Assembly (NCBI GenBank): GCA_047638395.1
Contig: JBLIMV010000003.1
Coordinates: 35,299 to 99,298, forward strand
Length of the DNA: 64,000 nucleotides
Direction of reading: 5' to 3'
From: Paracoccaceae bacterium
Lineage (GTDB): Bacteria > Pseudomonadota > Alphaproteobacteria > MPNO01 > UBA830
Shown: positions 18,208-27,962 of the stretch, in pieces
Layout: each line of letters starts with the position of its first letter
How positions within the stretch are numbered: the first letter of the stretch is position 1
Program-made: the position numbers and the translations under genes
The notes under the pieces: model-generated
What the model was told of the DNA's origin: nothing
Seen by the model: only the letters and a program-made list of their open reading frames with translations
Database searches by the model: none

Positions 18208-19005
18208 TTGGCTTTTTCAGAAAAAGAACGTCACGATCTGATGATGGTGGCGACAGAGATCGCGGACCGGGCCGGAGAAGTGATTCTGGAGGTCTACGAG
18301 ACCGATTTCGACGTCCGCCACAAAGGCGATAACTCACCTGTCACCGAGGCCGACGAACGGGCCGAGGCACTGATCCTGCCGGCGTTGCGCGATCTACTGC
18401 CGGGCATCCCCGCAATCGGCGAAGAAGCCGTATCCCAGGGAAATGCGGAGACACTTCCGGCAGGCGGCGTCTTCTGGCTCGTCGATCCGGTCGACGGCAC
18501 AAAAGAATTTCTGCGTCGCAGCGGTGAATTCACGGTCAACATTGCCCTGGTCGAGAACACCGTTCCCGTGCTCGGCGTGGTGACAGCACCCGCCCTGAAC
18601 CGCGGCTTCCGCGCCTGCGGCCTAGGCACAGCGGAGCGGCGTGAAGGCGATGGTGAAGACGGCAATGACTGGCAACCGATTGCTGTCAGGTCCATTCCCG
18701 CGGACGGCGCCATCGTGGCATCCAGCCGGTCCCATGGAGATCGCGAAAAGATCGAAGAACTGCTGTCCGACATGAATATCCGGGACCATGTAACCGCCGG
18801 AAGTTCCCTTAAATTCTGTCTGTTGGCGGAAGGGACCGCAGATGTGTACCCGCGCTACGGACCGACATCGGAGTGGGATACGGCCGCGGGACACGCGGTA
18901 CTTACCGGTGCAGGCGGCAGCATCCGAAATCTGGACGGCACGGATTTCGCCTACGGCAAGCCGGGATGGCGCAACCCCGAATTCATCGCACGTGGCGGCC
19001 AGTGA
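18208..19005 (+). CDS. cysQ: 3'(2'),5'-bisphosphate nucleotidase CysQ
   Basis: KGDNSPVTEAD, WLVDPVDGTKEF, GSSLKFC..AEG.AD.YPR.GPT.EWDTAAGHAVL; start uncertain (TTG 18208 follows GGGAG). Confidence 0.92.
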   Translation: MAFSEKERHDLMMVATEIADRAGEVILEVYETDFDVRHKGDNSPVTEADERAEALILPALRDLLPGIPAIGEEAVSQGNAETLPAGGVFWLVDPVDGTKEFLRRSGEFTVNIALVENTVPVLGVVTAPALNRGFRACGLGTAERREGDGEDGNDWQPIAVRSIPADGAIVASSRSHGDREKIEELLSDMNIRDHVTAGSSLKFCLLAEGTADVYPRYGPTSEWDTAAGHAVLTGAGGSIRNLDGTDFAYGKPGWRNPEFIARGGQ

Positions 19006-19955
19006 CCGAGAGAGCGTCGACCAAGTCGATAGAGCGCGCCGCTGCCCTTTTGCGAGCGGGTGAACTCGTCGCGTTTCCGACCGAGACCGTATACGGGCTC
19101 GGCGCGGACGCGACATCCGATGACGCCGTCGCCCGTATCTTTGACGCCAAAAAGCGCCCCACGTTCAATCCGCTGATCGTTCATGTTGCCGATGCGGAAG
19201 CGGCCTCCCGGATCGTCGAATTCACAAAGACCGCGCACCTTCTGGCAGACGCCTTCTGGCCCGGGCCGATCTCGCTTGTGCTGTCGCGCAAAGACACGTC
19301 GCCGGTCTCGCTCCTGGCCAGCGCAGGGCTCGACACCATCGCCATCCGCGTGCCTGACCAACCGACGGCACAGGCCATCCTGGCCGCAAGCGGCATACCG
19401 ATCGCCGCGCCGAGCGCCAATGCATCGGGTAAAATCAGTCCGACCCACGCGGCGCACGTTGCGGAGTCTCTGGGCGATGCGGTGTCCCTGATCATCGATG
19501 ACGGGCCCTGCCCCATCGGACTTGAATCCACGGTTGTCGATTGCACCGGCGAACAGCCAATCCTGCTGCGCCCCGGTGGTATCACGGCGGAACAGATCGA
19601 GGCCGTTACCGGACCTCTCGAAATCGCGGCAGACGATAACGAGGCCCCCTCCTCACCGGGTATGCTGGAAAGCCACTACGCGCCGGATGCCAGGCTTCGC
19701 CTGAACGCGACCGCGATTCAAACCAGCGAGGCATTGCTGTCGTTTGGGAAACACGGTCATGCGGGCTTCACAAGTGAGCAAAACCTCAGCACCACGGGCG
19801 ATCTGCGGGAGGCGGCAGCGAACCTGTTTGCCATGATGCGGATGCTGGATGCCTCGGCAGCCGCGATTGCCGTCATGCCGATCCCGGATCACGGGCTTGG
19901 CCGGGCTATTAATGACCGGTTGCGGCGCGCAGCCGCACCACGCGACAACGTATGA
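19002..19955 (+). CDS. sua5: L-threonylcarbamoyladenylate synthase, Sua5 type
   Basis: AFPTETVYGLGADA, KKRPTFNPLIVH, APSANASG, SPGMLESHYAP C-terminal Sua5 domain; GTGA overlap with cysQ. Confidence 0.95.
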   Translation: MTERASTKSIERAAALLRAGELVAFPTETVYGLGADATSDDAVARIFDAKKRPTFNPLIVHVADAEAASRIVEFTKTAHLLADAFWPGPISLVLSRKDTSPVSLLASAGLDTIAIRVPDQPTAQAILAASGIPIAAPSANASGKISPTHAAHVAESLGDAVSLIIDDGPCPIGLESTVVDCTGEQPILLRPGGITAEQIEAVTGPLEIAADDNEAPSSPGMLESHYAPDARLRLNATAIQTSEALLSFGKHGHAGFTSEQNLSTTGDLREAAANLFAMMRMLDASAAAIAVMPIPDHGLGRAINDRLRRAAAPRDNV

Positions 19956-20040
19956 CATCGACATGCGTTAGCACTTGACCCCATTGCCCGATAACAGCAC
20001 ATGATTTATGCGTGACCCCGGAATTCAGGATACCCGTCAC

Positions 20041-21477
20041 ATGAACCCGACAGCCCTTCGCCAGATCGACCAGTCCATCCTCGACCGGATCCACGCCGTT
20101 GTCGGCGATGCCGGCGTGATCACCGACGAAAACGACAAATCGCCGTTTCTGAATGACGAGCGCGGTTACTATACCGGTCGCTCGCCGATGATCGTCCGCC
20201 CGGCATCGACCGAAGAGGTGTCAGAGGTCGTGCGTATCTGCAACGAAACCCGGACCCCGATTGTCCCGCAGGGCGGCAATACCGGCCTGTGCGGCGGGGC
20301 GACGCCCTACGAGCATGGGGGCGAACTGGTCATGGCGCTTACCCGCATGAACAAAGTGCGCGAACTCGACACCCTGAACTACGCGATCACGGTCGAAGCC
20401 GGTGTGATCCTGGCCGATGTCCAGAAGGCCGCCGAAGACGCCGACCGCTATTTCCCCCTCAGCCTCGGTGGCGAAGGCACCGCCCGGATCGGTGGCAACC
20501 TGTCGACCAATGCCGGCGGTACCGGCGTGCTCAGATACGGCCCCGCACGCGACCTGTGCCTCGGTCTTGAAGCGGTCCTGCCGGACGGCCGGATATGGAG
20601 CGGCCTGACCGGCCTGCGCAAGGACAATACCGGGTATGACCTGAAGCACCTGTTTATCGGGGCTGAAGGCACCCTCGGCATCATTACCGCTGCCTGTCTG
20701 AAACTGTTTCCCCGGCCCACCGACATACAGACATCTTTTGTCGCCGTGCGGGACCAGCACGCTGCAGTCGAACTCCTCGCACGGGCGCGGCAGATCACCG
20801 ACGACCGGGTCATTACGTTTGAATACATGCCGCGTGAGGCCATCGAGTTTGCCCTCAAACATATTGCCGACACGCGCGACCCGATACAGACCGAATACCG
20901 TCATTACGTGATGATGGAACTGGCCGCCGGAGAAGGGGCCGCAGCCGGCCTCCGCGAGATGATGGAGACCGTGCTCGGCAACAGTATGGAAGATGGTGTC
21001 GTACTCGACGCCGTTATCGCCGAGAGCGGCCAGCAAGCGGCCGATTTCTGGCGTATTCGCGAGACAATACCCGAAGCGCAGAAATTCGAAGGCGCAAGCT
21101 CCAAGCACGATATTTCCGTGCCGGTCTCGAAAGTGGCAGATTTTCTGGTCGACGGAATTGCCGATATGGAGAAACTGGTCCCCGGCATTCGTCCCTGCAC
21201 ATTCGGTCACGTCGGTGACGGCAACGTGCATTTCAACCTGTCGCGGCCGCTCGACATGTCGGATGACGATTTCCGCGCGCTGGAACCGGAAATCCACAAA
21301 GCCGTCTATGATCGTACTGTTGCCATGGGCGGCTCTATCAGTGCCGAACACGGTATCGGCCGGCTGCGGCGCGGCGAGCTTGAAACATACAAATCACCGG
21401 TGGCTATGGATGTTATGCGCGCAATCAAGGCGACGCTGGACCCGAACGGGATCATGAACCCCGGCAAAGTACTCTAG
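20041..21477 (+). CDS. FAD-linked oxidase, D-2-hydroxyglutarate/D-lactate dehydrogenase family
   Basis: PQGGNTGLCGG, GGNLSTNAGG, KDNTGYDL, FGHVGDGNVHFN, SISAEHGIG. Confidence 0.92.
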   Translation: MNPTALRQIDQSILDRIHAVVGDAGVITDENDKSPFLNDERGYYTGRSPMIVRPASTEEVSEVVRICNETRTPIVPQGGNTGLCGGATPYEHGGELVMALTRMNKVRELDTLNYAITVEAGVILADVQKAAEDADRYFPLSLGGEGTARIGGNLSTNAGGTGVLRYGPARDLCLGLEAVLPDGRIWSGLTGLRKDNTGYDLKHLFIGAEGTLGIITAACLKLFPRPTDIQTSFVAVRDQHAAVELLARARQITDDRVITFEYMPREAIEFALKHIADTRDPIQTEYRHYVMMELAAGEGAAAGLREMMETVLGNSMEDGVVLDAVIAESGQQAADFWRIRETIPEAQKFEGASSKHDISVPVSKVADFLVDGIADMEKLVPGIRPCTFGHVGDGNVHFNLSRPLDMSDDDFRALEPEIHKAVYDRTVAMGGSISAEHGIGRLRRGELETYKSPVAMDVMRAIKATLDPNGIMNPGKVL

Positions 21478-21487
21478 GAGAATAAAG

Positions 21488-23245
21488 ATGGCTGAATACA
21501 CCGCACCGCTGCGCGATATGCAGTTCGTGATCGAGGAACTGGTTGGGCTGGACGATGTTGCGGCCCTGCCCGGATACGATCACGCGACGCCGGATGTCGT
21601 TCAGGCCATCCTGGAAGAAGCTAACAAGTTGGCGCGCGATGTCTTGTCGCCGATCAACCGGGCGGGCGACCTGGAAGGGTCGCGGCTTGAAAACGGCGCC
21701 GTGATTACGCCGACCGGCTTCAAGGATGCGTATCAGTCCTATGTCGATGGGGGCTGGAACGCCCTGCAGTTCGACGAAGAAATTGGCGGCCAGGGCCTGC
21801 CGATGCTGGTTGCAACGCCGGTCTTCGAGATGTGGGACGCAGCGAACCTCGCCTTCATGCTGTGCCCGGTGCTCACGATCGCCGCTGTGGAATGCCTGGA
21901 GAAATTCGGCACCGGAGAGCAAAAAGAAAAGTGGATGCCCAAACTGGTCACCGGCGAATGGACCGGGACAATGGTCCTGACCGAGCCCAATGCCGGGTCC
22001 GATGTCGGATCGCTCCGTACCCGCGCGGTCCCCGAAGACGGCCATTATCGGATCAGCGGCCAGAAAATCTTTACGACGTGGGGCGAGCACGACTTTACCG
22101 ATAATGTCGTTCATATGGTGCTGGCACGCACACCTGATGCGCCTCCCGGCACCCGGGGTATTTCCCTGTTTATCGTGCCGAAGTTCATGGTCAATGACGA
22201 CGGATCGCTCGGTCAACGCAACGACGTGCGGGCGGTGTCGCTTGAACACAAGCTCGGCATTCACGGCAGCCCCACCTGTGTTATGCAATTTGGCGAAAAT
22301 GACGGCGCCATCGGCTACCTCGTCGGTGACGAATGCCGCGGCATGGAATACATGTTCGCCATGATGAATTCGGCCCGCCTCGCGGTCGGCCGCGAAGGTG
22401 TCGGCATCGGTGAACGGGCCTATCAGCAGGCAGCGGACTACGCCCGCGAGCGAATTCAGGGAAAAGACATGGCAAACCCCGTCCTGAGCGAGGTGCCGAT
22501 CATTCACCACCCCGATGTCCGGCGGAACCTGATGACCATGCGCGCACTGACCGAAGCCACACGGGCCCTCGGCTATTACGTGGCCGCCAAGCAGGACGTC
22601 GTGCGGAAACACCCCGATACCGAGGTTAAGGCCGCGGCGCAGGCGCGTGTCAATCTTCTTGTGCCCATCGTCAAGGCCTGGTCGACAGATTGTGGCGTGG
22701 AAATTGCATCGCTCGGCGTCCAGATCCATGGCGGTGCCGGCTTTATCGAGGAAACGGGCGCTGCGCAGTATTACCGTGACTGCCGGATCACGCCGATCTA
22801 CGAGGGAACGAACGGTATTCAGGCGCTCGATCTGGTGGGCCGGAAAATCCTGCGGGACCGCGGCGAGGCATTACAGCACTTTATTGACGAAATCCGCGAT
22901 ACCGAGATCGCAGATCCGTTGATTGCCGACGCGATGTGGTCGGCACTGGACGCACTGAAAGTGACCACCGACTGGATGCTCGCCGACCCCGGTGACGATC
23001 CGCGCATCGTCATGGCCGGCGCGACGCCTTATCTCCGTGCACTCGGCCTTATCACCGGTGGCTGGTTAATGGCAAAGGCGGCGAACATCGCGGCTGCCGC
23101 CGAGGGTGACGATGATTTTTACAAGGCAAAGCGCGTAACCGCGCGGTTCTACGCGGCAAATATGCTGCCCCAGGTATCGGGATTTGCACAGGCTGCCAGA
23201 GCCGGCGCCGACGATATTATGGCGCTTTCCGCAGAGACTTTCTAA
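21488..23245 (+). CDS. Acyl-CoA dehydrogenase (about 590-aa DmdC-like subfamily)
   Basis: MAEYTAPLRDMQF, TGTMVLTEPNAGSDVG, EHKLGIHGSPTC, QIHGGAGF, IYEGTNGIQALDLVGRK. Confidence 0.92.
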   Translation: MAEYTAPLRDMQFVIEELVGLDDVAALPGYDHATPDVVQAILEEANKLARDVLSPINRAGDLEGSRLENGAVITPTGFKDAYQSYVDGGWNALQFDEEIGGQGLPMLVATPVFEMWDAANLAFMLCPVLTIAAVECLEKFGTGEQKEKWMPKLVTGEWTGTMVLTEPNAGSDVGSLRTRAVPEDGHYRISGQKIFTTWGEHDFTDNVVHMVLARTPDAPPGTRGISLFIVPKFMVNDDGSLGQRNDVRAVSLEHKLGIHGSPTCVMQFGENDGAIGYLVGDECRGMEYMFAMMNSARLAVGREGVGIGERAYQQAADYARERIQGKDMANPVLSEVPIIHHPDVRRNLMTMRALTEATRALGYYVAAKQDVVRKHPDTEVKAAAQARVNLLVPIVKAWSTDCGVEIASLGVQIHGGAGFIEETGAAQYYRDCRITPIYEGTNGIQALDLVGRKILRDRGEALQHFIDEIRDTEIADPLIADAMWSALDALKVTTDWMLADPGDDPRIVMAGATPYLRALGLITGGWLMAKAANIAAAAEGDDDFYKAKRVTARFYAANMLPQVSGFAQAARAGADDIMALSAETF

Positions 23246-23347
23246 CGCTTCCGAATCCGCTTGCAAGCCGCGCCTAAAGGCGCGATAAGGCGCGACTTTT
23301 GATGAACCCAAACCGGGTGCGAACGCACTTGCGAGGAGGCATGATGG

Positions 23348-23839
23348 ATGGAAAAGTCCGCGTTGTTAACTAAGTCGGTTACGGCGGCGGGTGCCGTTGG
23401 CGACTCCCTGATACAGGGATCTGTCAGCGCCCAAGCGCACATGCATCCGCAACCCGCCAACGATGTGCGGGATTTTCTTATCCATAAAGACGGCCAGACC
23501 TATGCCGGCGCCCATCTTCTCGTCGATTTTTGGGGTGGCTCCAGGCTGAATGATGCCGACCTGATGGCAGCAGCACTGCGCGAAGCGGCCGAAGCATCCG
23601 ATGCGACGGTTCTCCACGTTCATGTTCATGAATTCGGCGGCGAAGGCGGGGTTTCGGGTGTGGCTGTACTGGCGGAAAGCCATATCAGCGTGCACACATG
23701 GCCTGAGCTCGATTACGCAGCGTTTGACGTGTTCATGTGCGGCCAGTGCCGCCCTGAAAAGGCGGTCGCCGTGCTGGAGCGGTATTTTTCGCCTGCCCGC
23801 GCCGAGATCAGCGAGCAAAAAAGAGGTCTGGTGGAGTGA
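23348..23839 (+). CDS. speD: S-adenosylmethionine decarboxylase proenzyme
   Basis: GAHLLVDFWG, GVSGVAVLAESHISVHTWPE (E/S autocleavage site), DVFMCG. Confidence 0.95.
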   Translation: MEKSALLTKSVTAAGAVGDSLIQGSVSAQAHMHPQPANDVRDFLIHKDGQTYAGAHLLVDFWGGSRLNDADLMAAALREAAEASDATVLHVHVHEFGGEGGVSGVAVLAESHISVHTWPELDYAAFDVFMCGQCRPEKAVAVLERYFSPARAEISEQKRGLVE

Positions 23840-24687
23840 TTGACGCGACGGAGACCTGGTTCTCCGAGACGCTTCACCCCGGGTTTCAGCAGCGTTTCGA
23901 GATCTCGAAGATTCTGTTCCGCTCCCAGACGGAACTACAGGACCTCGTCATTTTCGAAAACCCGTATTTCGGGCGCATTCTGGCGCTTGACGGGGTCATC
24001 CAGACAACCGAGCGCGACGAACCCTGCTATCACGAGATGCTGGCCCATGTGCCAATCCTCTCCCATGGCGCGGCAAGCGAAGTACTGATCATCGGGGGCG
24101 GCGACGGCGGCGCGCTGCGCGACGTGCTCAAGCACGATACAATCAAACGCGCGACCATGGTGGAAATCGACCGCAGCGTTGTCGATATGTGCGCCGAACA
24201 CATGCCGAGCCTGAGCGCCGGCGCATTCGACAATGCACGGGCGGATATCGTGATCGCCGACGGGGTTAAGTTCGCCAAAGAAACCGACCGCCGTTTCGAT
24301 GTGATCATCATCGATTCAACCGATCCGATCGGCCCTGCAATCCCGCTGTTTTCCGACGCGTTCTATGCCGATTGCCGGAACATCCTGACCGGGGACGGCA
24401 TTATCGTCTGCCAGTCCGGCGTCGGCTTCGTCCAGCCGGACGAGGCCCGGGAGACCTATCAGCGGCTGGACCGTCTGTTCAACGATGCCGCCCTGTATCT
24501 GACACAGGTCCCGACCTATGCGTTCGGTTATATGACGCTGGGCTGGGGCGCAAATTCAGACCGTGCCCGCAACACCGATGCTGAGACAATTCAGGCCCGC
24601 TTCGACGCCGCCGGGATCGAAACCCACTACTACACGCCCGGGATTCATGCCGGCTGCTTCAGCCTGCCGGCTTATACGAATATCTGA
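23836..24687 (+). CDS. speE: Polyamine aminopropyltransferase (spermidine synthase)
   Basis: LDGVIQTTERDE..YHEML, VLIIGGGDGG, VEID, DVIIIDSTDPIGP; GTGA overlap with speD. Confidence 0.95.
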   Translation: MIDATETWFSETLHPGFQQRFEISKILFRSQTELQDLVIFENPYFGRILALDGVIQTTERDEPCYHEMLAHVPILSHGAASEVLIIGGGDGGALRDVLKHDTIKRATMVEIDRSVVDMCAEHMPSLSAGAFDNARADIVIADGVKFAKETDRRFDVIIIDSTDPIGPAIPLFSDAFYADCRNILTGDGIIVCQSGVGFVQPDEARETYQRLDRLFNDAALYLTQVPTYAFGYMTLGWGANSDRARNTDAETIQARFDAAGIETHYYTPGIHAGCFSLPAYTNI

Positions 24688-24762
24688 GACCCGGGTCCGG
24701 CACCCGCCCGGACTATTTTACCTTTCCCTGAAATAGGGTACCGTTCTTTTGCGGCAGCGTTA

Positions 24763-25857
24763 ATGATCGCGCAAAAACGGGGGATGGGCACCATGCTTGC
24801 AGAAATCGGTCACAGCAGGCCGCCATTCGCGCTTCGCGATCAACACGACCTGAACGCCACACCGCTCGAAGACGACGTTATCGGCGATCCCGTCCTGCTG
24901 GTGTTCGACCGAAACCCGGTTGACGGCAGCTCGGACGAAAGCGCTGCGCTACTGCGGAACCTCTTGGATCTCCATGATCGGCTGGATGGCCTGGTCACCA
25001 GCATTTTCGTCATTTCCCGCCGATCCGTCAGTGCAAACCACGTACTGGCCGAAATTCAGAACATTCCGTATCGCCTCCTCGCCGACGAGGACGGCAAGGT
25101 GTTCGAACTCTACGGTATCGACATGCCCGGCACACGAGCCAACGCACCGGCTGATCCAGCCACGGCTGTTCTCGATTCGAATGGACGCATCGTCGAGATT
25201 TGCGAAGAAATACCCCTTGCCGACCAAGTCGAATGCGCACTCAAAGCCCTTCTTCGACTGAATGACGAACGCCCGCGCGGATCGCTCGGCGCACATCCGC
25301 CGGTTCTTGTACTGCCCAACGCGATGGACCCGGAGATCTGCAGACAGTTGATGGATACGTGGCACAATCCGGTTCCCTTATGGGAAGGGGACGGCAAGAA
25401 CAGCATCGGCCTGAACATCGAAAAGGGCGACGTGAAGGTACGTAATGCCGCTTATGGAAACTGCACGCAGTATGTCGTCCGCGACGCGGCTCTAAGTGCT
25501 GAACTGGATAGCAAAGTACTGCGTCGTGTGGTTCCAGAAATCGAAAAGGCGTTCGGTTACAGCCCGTCCAAAAGAGAGGAATACCGCATCGCCTGCTACG
25601 ACGTGGCCGATGGCGGTTCCCTGCCCGCGCACCGCGACAACCCGACCGAAGAGACACGTCACCGCCGCTTTACGGTTTCTATCAACCTGAACAATAAGGA
25701 TTTCGACGGCGGCGAACTCGCATTTCGAGAATTCAGCGACCATCTTTATGATATCGATGCCGGAACAGCCGTTGTTTGGTCATGCTCGGTCCTGCACGAA
25801 GTCATGCCGATTTCCGCCGGACGCCGCTTTATCCTGGGAACCCACCTTTTCGGCTGA
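24763..25857 (+). CDS. Fusion of a degenerate redoxin (AhpC/TSA-like) domain and a 2OG-Fe(II) oxygenase
   Basis: N-domain PPFALRD..VLLVF..LLADEDGKVFELYG..AVLDSNGRI; C-domain PAHRDN...FDGGEL...LHEV..ISAGRRF (HxD...H...R). Confidence 0.8.
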   Translation: MIAQKRGMGTMLAEIGHSRPPFALRDQHDLNATPLEDDVIGDPVLLVFDRNPVDGSSDESAALLRNLLDLHDRLDGLVTSIFVISRRSVSANHVLAEIQNIPYRLLADEDGKVFELYGIDMPGTRANAPADPATAVLDSNGRIVEICEEIPLADQVECALKALLRLNDERPRGSLGAHPPVLVLPNAMDPEICRQLMDTWHNPVPLWEGDGKNSIGLNIEKGDVKVRNAAYGNCTQYVVRDAALSAELDSKVLRRVVPEIEKAFGYSPSKREEYRIACYDVADGGSLPAHRDNPTEETRHRRFTVSINLNNKDFDGGELAFREFSDHLYDIDAGTAVVWSCSVLHEVMPISAGRRFILGTHLFG

Positions 25858-25887
25858 TATCCCTGCCAAAAACAAACCTGACCGGGT

Positions 25888-26397
25888 TTAGCGCGACCGG
25901 GCCCCGAAAACGACAACCCAGTAATGGTTGTAGCGCGGCCGTTTTCCCTCTCCCGACGGCACCGCGTATCCGACCCCTGCCTCCAGGTAGTCCCGGCTCA
26001 GCATATTGTCCCGGTGGCCGGGACTCGTCATCCACGACTGGACAGAGCTTTCGGGAGACGACTGGCCTGCGGCAAGATTCTCCGCAATCGCCCGCCATGG
26101 GTAGCCAGCGCTGGCGATACGGTCCTGCAGGGCGCGCCCGTCGGGCGAACGATGGGCCACAAAATCACGGCGTGACATATCTTCGGCATGTTTCTGTGCC
26201 GCGACGGTCAACCGGGCATTTAGGGTCAACGGCCCAACGCCATTCATGGCGCGCTGCTGATTAACGTGTTTGAGGACGCGCTCGACGACACGGTCATGGG
26301 CCGGATCGGGGGTTTGGTCGGCAATAGCGGGGGGTGCTGCCGCGAAAAACAGCGCGACAAGGAGCGTCAGAAACAGGCGGTCAGGCCGCACTCTCAT
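25888..26397 (-). CDS. CAP/SCP-domain secreted protein
   Basis: Signal peptide from ATG 26397; VNQQRAMNG, AAQKHAEDM, ENLAAG, WMTSPGHRDNML, GVG. Confidence 0.9.
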   Translation of the reverse strand: MRVRPDRLFLTLLVALFFAAAPPAIADQTPDPAHDRVVERVLKHVNQQRAMNGVGPLTLNARLTVAAQKHAEDMSRRDFVAHRSPDGRALQDRIASAGYPWRAIAENLAAGQSSPESSVQSWMTSPGHRDNMLSRDYLEAGVGYAVPSGEGKRPRYNHYWVVVFGARSR

Positions 26398-27949
26398 CCT
26401 CACGGGCAATCTCGACTGCCTGGGCTTCAAGAGCACGGCGGTCGATCTTGTTGGTGCCACTCAAAGGCAGCGCATCGACAAAGAATATCCGCCGCGGGTG
26501 GGCGTAAACCGGGCCGTTTTTCAGCGCAAACTGCTTGATTGTCTCTTCGTCCGTATCGGCGCCGTCGCGTTTGACGATCCAGGCAAACGGCACGTGCGCT
26601 TTCAGCGTATTGGGCGCCGGCACGACCACTGCCTGCATCACGTCTTCATGGCGCTCCAGCATTGATTCCACATTGCCGGGATAGATATTTTCGCCGGCGC
26701 AGACGAACATGTCATCGGCCCGGTCGACGAAGAAGTACCAGCCGGTCTCGTCGCGCCGCAGGATATCGCCCGTATCCATCCACCCATCGTCCGACAGGGC
26801 CTTTTTCGTCGCATCGGCCAGGTTGTGATAGCCCTTCATAACGCCGGGGCTTTTAACGTGGAGCACACCCTGGCTGTCGTCATCGCCGCCAACCAGTTTG
26901 ATCTCGACCCCATCGATCGGAAAGCCGACGGATGTGCGTGGCCTGGGCAGGCCATCCGGATGAGTCCAGGCGAACAGGATCGGCCCGCCTTCGGTTATGC
27001 CGTAATTCAGATTCAGCCTTGCATCCGGGAAACGGGCCGCGAGAGTATCGAGCAGGTTATCTGATGCAGGGGCCGAGCCCATTGAACAGTTCCGCACACT
27101 CGACAGATCGGTTTCGGCAAGCAGCGCCTCTTCCTGCAGGATCAGGGCATACATCGTCGGCACGCCGGTGAGCATGGTCAGTTTGTAGCGCTCGATCGCC
27201 TTGATGTATTCCTGTGCATCGAAGCGCGAGAAGATGACGATCCGTCCCCCTGCCGACAAGGCCGATTTGACCGCCAGCAACGCATTCTTGTGATACAGCG
27301 GCGCCGAGATGACGGAACAGTCATCTGCGCGAATGTCGCGGCTTTCGACGATCTTGCCGATCATCCAGACCTGTCCGTGATGATCGAGCAGCACACCTTT
27401 CGGCTTGCCGGTCGAACCGGACGTATAGGGCTGCTCCGCAATATCGTCGCCGCCCGCGAAGAACGACGGAAACGGCGCGTCGGTATGGATGACGAAATCC
27501 CGGTACGCATCACCGCTGCCATGCGCAGCAGATTTGCCGGAGAGCTCACTCGCACTTGGGAAAGTCAGGGTACGGACGCCATCTGGCACCCTTTCCGCCT
27601 GATTGGCATCAGCAAAGACCGCCTTCATGTCGGCGTCCTGCACGATGTATTCGACCGTGTCATCGGGCAACTTGACGTTGATCATCACCGGCACGCAGCC
27701 TGCCCGCATCGCACCGAACAGGACTTCGAGAAATTCGACCCGGTTGAGCGCCAGAATGCCGACCCGGTCGCCGGGTTCTATCCCGGCAACCAGCAGACCG
27801 TTCGCGACCGCGTCGCACGCGGCGTTGAAATCGCGGTAGGAAAATTCCCGCGGATTGGCCGTGTCGTAGAGATCCACGACAGCGACCTGGTCCGAATTGG
27901 CGTGGGCGATAAAGACATCGCCAAGATTTCCAGACTCCGAGGGGTTCAT
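26381..27949 (-). CDS. Acyl-CoA synthetase/AMP-binding enzyme
   Basis: YTSGSTGKPKG, NYGITEGG, TGD, GENIYP..VE, terminal NKIDR. Confidence 0.92.
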   Translation of the reverse strand: MNPSESGNLGDVFIAHANSDQVAVVDLYDTANPREFSYRDFNAACDAVANGLLVAGIEPGDRVGILALNRVEFLEVLFGAMRAGCVPVMINVKLPDDTVEYIVQDADMKAVFADANQAERVPDGVRTLTFPSASELSGKSAAHGSGDAYRDFVIHTDAPFPSFFAGGDDIAEQPYTSGSTGKPKGVLLDHHGQVWMIGKIVESRDIRADDCSVISAPLYHKNALLAVKSALSAGGRIVIFSRFDAQEYIKAIERYKLTMLTGVPTMYALILQEEALLAETDLSSVRNCSMGSAPASDNLLDTLAARFPDARLNLNYGITEGGPILFAWTHPDGLPRPRTSVGFPIDGVEIKLVGGDDDSQGVLHVKSPGVMKGYHNLADATKKALSDDGWMDTGDILRRDETGWYFFVDRADDMFVCAGENIYPGNVESMLERHEDVMQAVVVPAPNTLKAHVPFAWIVKRDGADTDEETIKQFALKNGPVYAHPRRIFFVDALPLSGTNKIDRRALEAQAVEIAREDESAA

Positions 27950-27962
27950 TTTCGTGGTTCCG

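Noticed and set aside
23250-23345. SAM-II/SAM-V riboswitch upstream of speD (contains GCTTGCAAGC)
   Set aside because: Lacks the conserved UGAUUU loop and the 3' GCUAAA pseudoknot strand; an Rfam search would settle it
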